Assembly (NCBI GenBank): GCA_964016885.1
Contig: OZ024741.1
Coordinates: forward strand, 413,912,001-413,976,000
Source of the DNA: Eledone cirrhosa
Lineage: Eukaryota
DNA length: 64,000 nucleotides
Direction of reading: 5' to 3'
Both the position numbers and the translations under genes were made by a program. Of the stretch, positions 55,064 through 64,000 are shown in pieces. Position 1 is the stretch's first letter. Every line of letters begins with the position of its first letter. The notes under the pieces were generated by a model. It made no database searches, was not told the origin of the DNA, and saw only the letters and a list, made by a program, of their open reading frames with translations.

Positions 55064-55135
55064 TGTTGTCTGAAGAGATAGTATCTGACGATTAACGATT
55101 ATATAACAGATACCATTGAAATGCATATAACAGCA
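55064..55135 (+). ncRNA. Isolated hammerhead-like motif (family F)
   Basis: TGTTGT-CTGAAGA-GATAGTATCTG..CAGATACCATT-GAAA-TGCATA-TA-ACAGCA; several G-U pairs. Confidence 0.55.
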
Positions 55136-55989
55136 ATTACATAATAAATAAAATGTGAAATATATAAATGGGCCTGCCCGCCCAGCCAGTGGGATGGTGT
55201 TATCTTATGGCTAAAACAGCACGACGTGCTGTGACCAGCGGCGCCGAATGGACGCCCGACAGACTGGTTGTTGGTCAAGGTGATCAAGGTGATATATATA
55301 AATGATAGGCTGCTGCATAGTTTCTATCCACCAGATTCCACTCACAAGACGGTGAACCAACCCAAGGCTATTCTGTCCAAACACAGAACAAAGTGAACTC
55401 CTTAATGACAGCCATGTCTACACCCACATACAAACAGATATGGTCACAGCTTGATCATTACCGACCTGGGGTTAAACAACATTATCCAGTTAATAGACCA
55501 ATGGCTGAGTTCATTTAGATGTATGTAGGTAACTCAGGTAGTATATAATTCACCCAGTACACTCTGTAAAGTGCTAGCCACTAGAAACTGACATCCATCT
55601 GTAAAAAGTATGCCAAATATGGAAAGGATGAGCAAGACGTACTTCTATGGTCCATCTAGTCTTGGACTATTTCAACCAATATTGCCATAGACAAAGGTGA
55701 GGATGATGATATGTATATGTGTAATGTGGTTGACATTAAGAAGGGCATCCAGCTGTAGAAACAGTTCTGTATGAGCAAGACACAGTCACCTGACCAAACT
55801 TGCCTAACAATGGAACAACTCATCTAACCCATGCTAGTGTAGAAAATGGATTTTAAATGATGATAAATATATATGTGTGTGTATGCAACAAAAATGTCAG
55901 TGGGAAGGAAAAGGAAAAAGAGCAGTTTATCTGGAGAAACAGAGCTAAAAATGAAAGATATGATATGAAAACTAAGATGGAAAGCTCAC

Positions 55990-56066
55990 CTGTTTTCCAG
56001 TATTGCTACTGAAAAGTTTGACATCAAGTCACACCCAGAGTTACCCACAAGAGTTAAGGACTTAGC
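55990..56066 (-). CDS. Candidate internal host-gene exon (77 nt, AKSLTLVGNSGCDLMSNFSVAILEN)
   Basis: Pyrimidine tract + TAG acceptor, CAG|GTGAGC donor, one open frame, unique sequence. Protein not recognised. Confidence 0.4.
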
Positions 56067-56799
56067 CTATATATGTATGTACGCAAAAAGTAAACAGAAA
56101 ACAACAAAGCAAACAATACAATATAATAAATATAATATATTAGTTTAACGCTCGATATAGTAGGAAATGAGAGAGACTTAAAGTTTCAGACACTGATCCT
56201 TCATCAGAAGATAGAATAGAAAGACAGAAAGAATGAGAGGAGGAAGAGACAGAAAACAGATTTTTGGAGGGGAAAAATCTTTTGTTGTATTTAGTCAACG
56301 ATTTTGAAGAAATTGTGGTCAGGGGGTATTTGGGATATTAGAGAGGTTTTGAAAGGGAAATAATCCATGGTGAACATGAGCGTAGCCCTGTCTCATTTTG
56401 TGTGTATAGCCATAAGAAAAGCTACTTAGCTTCAGGTACAACTGCAAATGGTTGAACTATAAAATGTGGAATAACTGCATACGTGGAGGGGAATAGTGCC
56501 AGGATGTGTAGGGTAGGCAGTAAATGTTGGGAAACATTTAACAGTAATGGTGTGCCAGCAACGACACTGGGTGCCACACAAACACAGCCATGCGCAAATT
56601 ACAAGCACACCCACAAGAGCCTTGGAGTGTTGTATGTCGGTGGTGTGTGATGAATATATATTGTATTAACCCGTAACTCCTAAATGAGTCGTAGAGGCAC
56701 CACATTTTGTTTTAATCTGGCGGAGCCTATCTCCTCTCCAGGTCTAAATACAACAGATTTCTTCAAGAAAAGGATTGAGGGGGAAAAAGAGATATAGAG

Positions 56800-56945
56800 G
56801 AAGATTGACCCTAGTACTAGGCTGGTACTTTTTTATTAACCTTGAAAGGATGCAAGACAAAGTTGACCTCAGCGGGATTTGAACTCGGAGAGTAGAGAGC
56901 TGAGACTAATTCAGCAAAACACTCCAACGTTCTAATGACTCTGCA
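56800..56945. mobile_element. Degenerate SINE fragment
   Basis: TGACCCTAGTACT..CTGGTACT..GAAAGGATG..AAAGTTGACCTC..GATTTGAACTC; related fragment at ~12765-12790. Confidence 0.55.
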
Positions 56946-57428
56946 GCCTTCATCCAGCCACAGAAACCAAGCTAAAATCAGTTCTGTATGAGCAAGACAT
57001 GGTCATCTGACCTGGCTTGTCTCACAACGGGGCAACTCATCTAATCCATGCTAGCGTGGAAAAATGGATATTAAACGGTGATGACGATGAAATCAGTTAA
57101 GTTCAATAAATTATAAACATCCAATCAATTAACACAAAACCAATCAGCAGTATCAAAATCAAACTATATTGTTATTAAACTATTAATGAAAATATTGAGA
57201 ACTTTATCAACCATAATTCAGATTTAGCAGAATTATATTTTTTGTAAGATGACAAATGGGATTACATATTTAATATCAACCCACGGTAGTTATATTAATC
57301 CCTAGTGTGTTGATTTTCAGAATAATTGGAAAAAACACGAAGGACATTGTCTCCCATTAGAAATAGGGTAACAAAAGGTTAAATAAGAAAGGACATATTG
57401 AATACTGTAGTTTATATATATATATATA

Positions 57429-57958
57429 TAAAATATTAAACAAATAATGAATAAACAATTCCTTATATTAAACAAAAAAAGTTCATTATTTAACGATCGT
57501 TTCTAGGATATATATGTGTTAGAGTTGGCATGCATATTCAACAGATCTATGTACAAAATTATACAAAATTATACAAACTATCAAGATTAAATATACATAC
57601 CAACACATATATACGCCGTCTTCAGAAATAATGAGACGGCGTATATATGTGTTGGTATGTATATTTAATCTTGATAGTTTGTATAATTTTGTATAATTTT
57701 GTACATAGATCTGTTGAATATGCATGCCAACTCTAACACATATATATCCTAGAAACGATCGTTAAATAATGAACTTTTTTTGTTTAATATAAGGAATTGT
57801 TTATTCATTATTTGTTTAATATTTTATCTTGACTCTGTATACCGTTTATCTTTCACCGAAAGTGATTTTTCATTACATCTCTTCTTTCCATGATATCCGG
57901 AATACATTGAGTTCTTCATACGGATTGGACACTACCGTAAACTCTTGGTAGATTTATC

Positions 57959-57961
<3 letters not shown>
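57429..57961. mobile_element. ORF-less fold-back mini-element (family G)
   Basis: 57429-57621 = revcomp of 57634-57827, then a unique tail; (TA)n flanks. Confidence 0.85.
57484..57633 (-). ncRNA. Hammerhead motif with very long stem II (family G)
   Basis: CATTATTT-CTGAAGA-[~115 nt hairpin]-GAAA-CGATCG-TT-AAATAATG; 8-bp stem I. Confidence 0.72.
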
Positions 57962-57995
<34 letters not shown>

Positions 57996-58424
57996 TCATC
58001 ATCGATTAACGTCCATCTTCCACTCTAGCATGGGTTGGACTGTTTTGTCCCACTTGAAGTGAGATTGATCAGGAGACCGTGTCTCACTCATATAGAACTT
58101 TTCTGGCAGGTTATCTACAGCTGGATGCCCTTCCTAATACCAATCACATTTACAGTGTGGACAGGGTGCTTTTTGTTGTGTCACCTACACGACCACTTTA
58201 CAGTGGACAGAAATGGGAGGATGGAGTAGGGGTGTTGGGTGGGGTGTGTATACATATCTATATATGCATATATATACATACATGTATCATCATCATTTAA
58301 CGTCTATTTTCAGTGAAAAGATATAAATACCACAACATTTATTTTGGAAAGCCAGATTCTTGATGATTTCTAAAGTATGAAACAGTTCTAGTCCTGTAGA
58401 ATCTCATCTATATTAAAACTTTTA

Positions 58425-58557
58425 TACTCTGCTATGTATTGAGTACCTTACTTACTGTGGTTACCTCCAATTCAACCCGGAATAACTTACCTATGCTCTG
58501 TATTGAGTACCTTACTTACTGTGGTTACCTCCGATTCAACACGGAATAACTTACCTA
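58425..58557. repeat. Tandem duplication, ~63-bp unit
   Basis: TGTATTGAGTACC...AACTTACCTAT occurs twice. Confidence 0.85.
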
Positions 58558-58927
58558 TATATATATATATATACCGTCCCACCCTTGCAAGCAGGGAAAA
58601 GCGGACGTAAAATGAAATGATGATATATATATATATATATAGTAAAGCAAGTCCATAGAATTATTTGATAATATATATACATCATTTCTTCTCCCAATTA
58701 GCATAATTAACCACACAAAACATCAATTAGAGCAGGCTATAAGATTAAAAGGCACCTATGAAAAAACAGTAAATAAATATACCATAGCAGCGTCTTCGCG
58801 GCCAACCACTATAAAATATCTACCCATCATTTCATGGAAATTAATTAAATATACGGTCAACCATACACAATTAGGTATAAAATTAAAGTTAGAAATGCTT
58901 ATATACATACCAGGATTAAATCACTAA

Positions 58928-59006
58928 ATCCCGACCCATGGGTTTCGTTCTCATTTTGAAATATCCTATTAAGGATAGATCTCGAGTTTCAAACTATTCA
59001 GGGGAC
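58928..59006 (-). ncRNA. Degenerate hammerhead (family H, CTGAATA core)
   Basis: GTCCC-CTGAATA-GTT..AAC-GAAA-CCCATGGG-TC-GGGAT; stems intact, G8 replaced by U. Confidence 0.55.
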
Positions 59007-59223
59007 AAACTCGCTAGGACAGATTTTTTTCTGAAGTGGCCCCCACCAAACACGAATTCAAAATGGCTGAGAACTGTGACGTGCCAGTGGTCAAGTCAGA
59101 AGAGTGTGATTGGTTGCTTATATATGCAAGTGTGGAACACGGACGTTAAACGTTGATGATGATACACATATATATATATATATATACAGATATACATATA
59201 TATATATATATATACATATATAC

Positions 59224-59254
<31 letters not shown>

Positions 59255-59331
59255 CATATATACATATATATATATATACATATATACATATATATATACA
59301 TATATATATATATACATATATACATATATAC

Positions 59332-59416
<85 letters not shown>

Positions 59417-59425
<9 letters not shown>

Positions 59426-59715
59426 AGAACAAAAGATGGTTAAAAGAGTTCCTTGTATTTTATTATGCGCATTTCAAAAACAAATATCATCATGCAATAA
59501 TATTTGTGTTTTCATCAGATAAAACAGGAAGACATGATATGAAGATTAAAAAACATGATATTTGTTTTTGAAATGCGCATAATAAAATACATGGAACTCT
59601 TTTAACCATCTTTTGTTCTTATATATTATGTATACTCCAGTCCTACAAACTGTAGAGTGCTTCTTATCCGATATCTGCATTGCTTTATTGTACTACAATA
59701 AAACTCACCTCCTAC
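59417..59715. mobile_element. Solo fold-back of the family C PLE terminus (HHR 59458-59524 minus)
   Basis: Homologous to 15085-15305; ~59417-59490 is inverted at ~59555-59628. Confidence 0.85.
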
Positions 59716-59773
<58 letters not shown>

Positions 59774-59957
59774 GAGGTGCCACGGCGTGGAGGTGCCACG
59801 GCAAAAAAGCACCCAGCACTCACTGTAAATGAGGTTGGTGTTAGGAAGGGCATCCAACTGTAGAAATCAAGCCAGCATCAGTTCCCGTCCCACCCTTGCA
59901 AGCAGGGAAGAGCGGACGTAAAATGAAATGATGATGATGATGATGGAGATATATATA

Positions 59958-60567
59958 TGGTGGCTGCCAACTCGTTTTCGAGTACGGCCACTACTTTATA
60001 TCCATGTAGGAGAACGCCTACCGATGCGCTGAACGAGTGTGACTTTTTAGTCCAGCCAGCGACTTGAAAACTTTGGTACAAACACTACACTTGTGACAAT
60101 TATTGACACATAGTGCTGGGCCCACGGTACCATGTGACGACAAGTGCAGAGAGATCTCCAGATATAAAGCAATGCCTGTGTCGTGAAGCTTTTATAGTGA
60201 GCAAAGGCACTGCACAAAGCCAGTCCCACTCTCTTAACCAAGATGATATTTACCAAAGAGAAGAACAAGTCAACATCATTGGATATCATCAAGTTTACAG
60301 GTGTTATATCAGAGTTTTCCTTCTCCTAGAATTCTGCCTTGACAAAGGCTAAGGGGTCATCTCTCCCGGTGATTTTGGATGGCCATTGACTCTTAAGAGC
60401 TCCTTTGCCCTTTTCCAGGTTTTGTTTTTAGTCCTGCAAGATGTCCAAAGCCACCCTCCTCACCAAGAAACCTTGGTGGGGTTGCCAGTTTAGTCGCCAA
60501 TGACCCGACTATGAGACTGGTTGTACTGGGATACATGTTACCAGTAGCACCAACTGGTGACCTGACA
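59958..60567 (-). mobile_element. Short non-autonomous RTE-like element (family 5) in (TA)n
   Basis: Homologous to 34125-34533 plus ~200 bp more at the 5' side; C2H2 remnant. Confidence 0.65.
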
Positions 60568-60594
60568 TATATATATATATATATATATACATAT

Positions 60595-60628
<34 letters not shown>

Positions 60629-60649
60629 GGTTGTATATATATGTATATA

Positions 60650-61201
60650 TCATCATCATCATCGTCATCAACGTTTAACGTCCGTGTTCCACGCTTGCAT
60701 GGGTTTGGACGGGGGTTTTCCCACTTGAGGCAAGAGTGATTATCTTGCTCGCATAGGACTATCTGGCGGGTTTTCTACAGTTGGATGCCCTTCCTAACAC
60801 CAACCACATTTACAGTGTGGGGCTGGGAGGTTTTTACCGTGTTGCCTACACGGCCACATTACAGCGTGAACTGTGTGTTTTTTGACGTGACACCTACACG
60901 ATCTCATTTGTTTCGGCCTGGATGTTGTGGCACCAACATAACCTTACATTGAAAGGGGCGGTGTGGATGGGGTGGGGGTGGTGGGACAGGGGTGGTGGGA
61001 CAGGGGTGTATTTTGTTAGAGATGCCTACTGACTGTAGTAGGTTTTACTTAGTATTTAGGTAAGGCGGGTCTTCTCTATTACTGAGTACCGCCAAAGGTC
61101 TCGGTCCAGTGACATTGTCTTGGTGAGGTGTAAGTGTGTGAGGTCGGAATTTATCAGCTCGTCCCAGGTTTTTTCTGGGTCTGCCTATTCTGGGTCTGCC
61201 T
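60650..61201 (-). mobile_element. RTE family 1 3' fragment
   Basis: Reverse complement of ~5835-6460, with one rather than two modules. Confidence 0.88.
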
Positions 61202-61278
61202 ATATACATATATACATACATATATATATATATTTTAAGAGAGTAAAACAAAAAAGCCTTCAATACATCAAAAGTCTT

Positions 61279-61326
61279 TATTAGCCGACAATGTTTCATC
61301 CTATTAAGGACTCATCAGGGCAATTA
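61279..61326 (-). ncRNA. Minimal hammerhead (family I), inverted arm
   Basis: GCC-CTGATGA-GTCCT-TAAT-AGGAT-GAAA-CATTG-TC-GGC. Confidence 0.85.
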
Positions 61327-62195
61327 AAACAACAAGAAGTAATATCGGCAGATACAAGCCGGAAGCTCCGAAGAATATGGAGTGTACATACACTAAAGTA
61401 TTGCAAAAATGTATAATAAAAATAAAAATAATAAAAATATATAATAAAAATTACTAAGGATGTATATAACATTAAGAACCATATTACAAATATAGTCCAA
61501 AGCAAAAAAACCTAGAGCTAAACAAAGGTGGTTATATATAGCAGGAATTATATATAATACAATGTAATATAATATAATATAATATAATATAATATACCTA
61601 TCCTATTATATATCCTATTATCTATCCTATTATATCGTATTATATAGTATATAACTGTATTATTTATTATTTATTATATGTGCTACTTATAATTATATCA
61701 TATTATTACCTCATGTATATTGGGTAGATGTATTAGTAATATTATTATTATTATTTTCATTCCTATCATGCTTATTTTTATATTCAAACTCTTAATAAGG
61801 TTTAATTTGTGCAGTTGAAGATGGATGTGTGTATTGTTGTATGTGTATGTGTGTGTACGTGTGCGCACATATATACATATGCATATTGTACCTTTTGATT
61901 TTTATTGTAATTTTAATGTTGGTAAAGGTATATTATAGTATATTATATTATATTACATTGTATTATATATAATTCCTGCTATATATAACCACCTTTGTTT
62001 AGCTCTAGGTTTTTTTGCTTTGGACTATATTTGTAATATGGTTCTTAATGTTATATACATCCTTAGTAATTTTTATTATATATTTTTATTATTTTTATTT
62101 TTATTATACATTTTTGCAATACTTTAGTGTATGTACACTCCATATTCTTCGGAGCTTCCGGCTTGTATCTGCCGATATTACTTCTTGTTGTTTTA

Positions 62196-62240
62196 ATTGC
62201 CCTGATGAGTCCTTAATAGGACGAAACATTGTCGGCTAAT
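62196..62240 (+). ncRNA. Minimal type I hammerhead (family I)
   Basis: GCC-CTGATGA-GTCCT-TAAT-AGGAC-GAAA-CATTG-TC-GGC; canonical core, GUC site. Confidence 0.9.
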
Positions 62241-62814
62241 AAAGACTTTTGATGTATTGAAGGCTTTTTTGTTTTACTCTCTTAATTTTTCGGCTCTGTT
62301 TAACTACATTGAGCTATACCTTTTACTGTCATTTCTATAATACGAAGAGGGTGTTTAACTCCAACACACTCCACAATTTTAACCCTTATATATATATATA
62401 TACATATATACATATATATACATATATATATATACATATATACATACATATATACATACATATATCTATACACATATATTATATATATACATATATATAT
62501 ATACATATAAATATATATACGTATATATATATATGGACATATATATACATATACATATACATATATATATACGTATATATATATATGGACATATATATAC
62601 ATATACATATACATATATATATACGTATATATATATATGGACATATATATACATATACATATACATATATATACATATATATATATATATACATATATAT
62701 ACATATATATATATATACATATATATATACATATATATATATATACATATATATATACATATATATATATATACATATATATATACATATATATATATAT
62801 ACATATATATATAT

Positions 62815-63140
62815 GGAGGCACATGGTTTAGTGATTAGAGTATTGGCCTTGCAATCAAAAAGTTGTCAGTTCAATTCTCAGACCGGATGATGTGTTGTTT
62901 CCTTGAGCAAGACACTTTATTTAACATTGCTCCAGTTTACTCAGCTGTAGAAATGAGATGATAGGGACCCCAGTCCCTATCATTCCACTGCAAAGTGGTC
63001 GTGGAGGTGCCACGGCAAAAAAGCACCCAGCACTCACTGTAAATGAGGTTGGTGTTAGGAAGGGCATCCAGCTGTAGAATTCAAGCCAGAATCAGTTCCC
63101 GTCCCACCCTTGCAAGCAGGAAAAAGCGATGATGATGATG
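62815..63140 (+). mobile_element. tRNA-derived SINE with RTE family-2 tail
   Basis: A/B boxes, CCTTGAGCAAGACACTT, GGTGTTAGGAAGGGCATCCA, CCGTCCCACCCTTGCAAGCAGG(GAT)n. Confidence 0.82.
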
Positions 63141-63296
63141 GTGATATATATATATATACATATATGGTGGCTGCCAACTCGTGTACGGCCACTACTTTAT
63201 ATCCATGTAGGAGAACCCCTACCGATGCGCTAAACAAGTGTGACTTATACATACATATATACATACATATATACATACATATATATATATATACAT

Positions 63297-63327
<31 letters not shown>

Positions 63328-63397
63328 TACATATATACATATACATATATACATACATATACATATATACATATATACATACATATATATACATATA

Positions 63398-63440
<43 letters not shown>

Positions 63441-63449
63441 ATACATATA

Positions 63450-63480
<31 letters not shown>

Positions 63481-63562
63481 ATACATATATATATATATGA
63501 TGGCTGCCCCCTCGTTATCGAGTATGGCCATTGCACAAAAAAAAAAAAAAAAAAAAAAAAAA

Positions 63563-63635
<73 letters not shown>

Positions 63636-63714
63636 GCAATAATAATAATAACGACAACAACAATAATAATATACATATTCATATATATATACACACACAC
63701 GCACGCACATAAGC

Positions 63715-63752
<38 letters not shown>

Positions 63753-63760
63753 GATAGCAA

Positions 63761-64000
63761 CTAACAGTGCTGCGATCGAATGTGGCTTTTTAGCCCAGCC
63801 AATGATCCAAAATGTCTTGCACAGAGTCGGCAACCAAAACATTTACTGGGAATAGTCGGCTGTGGTTGGAGTTCGTGTACTTTTGCATGTCGCTTGAGTC
63901 CTCCTGCTGATTTACATTCTCTACCACATGTTTGGCAAGCATGATGAGTAGCATCTCCAACAGCAGCCTGGTAGTCAACCACTGGTCTTACTTTATGACT
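63761..64000 (-). pseudogene. C-terminus with two C2H2 fingers, probably an RTE family-5-like ORF end
   Basis: CQTCGRECKSAGGLKRHAKVH and [22 protein letters not shown]; the last finger resembles 34185-34260. Confidence 0.6.

Larger units (their letters stand above)
61235..62387. mobile_element. ORF-less fold-back mini-element with hammerheads (family I)
   Basis: 61235-61599 = revcomp of 61926-62285; ~325-bp AT-rich spacer; ~100-bp unique tail; (TA)n flanks. Confidence 0.87.

Noticed and set aside
56170-56212. HHR-like motif on minus strand (CTGATGA-AGGA..TCT-GAAAC)
   Set aside because: No stem I pairing; at best a decayed PLE terminus.

Overview
This is eukaryotic, non-genic, retroelement-saturated DNA, probably cephalopod/octopus-like (inferred from the (TA)n density and the SINE/RTE types). 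Nearly all short ORFs in the track are microsatellite or antisense artefacts. Real coding content is several RTE-clade LINEs (three with essentially intact ORFs, and three families carrying a PHD finger inside the RT), two Naiad-type Penelope-like elements (PLEs, one intact), a third PLE GIY-YIG fragment, an R4/Dong-type RLE element and a CR1 fragment. There are also tRNA-derived SINEs, a ~6.7 kb local duplication interrupted by later insertions, and one candidate 77-nt host exon. The main unannotated signal is about 9 unrelated families of type I hammerhead-ribozyme (HHR) motifs, about 20 copies read by eye, most with a self-complementary stem III. They sit in the PLE termini and in ORF-less 0.4-1.2 kb tandem or fold-back mini-elements inserted in (TA)n, i.e. 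a retrozyme-like system alongside candidate autonomous partners. Coordinates were read by eye and may be off by a few nt. Ribozyme activity is inferred, not shown.
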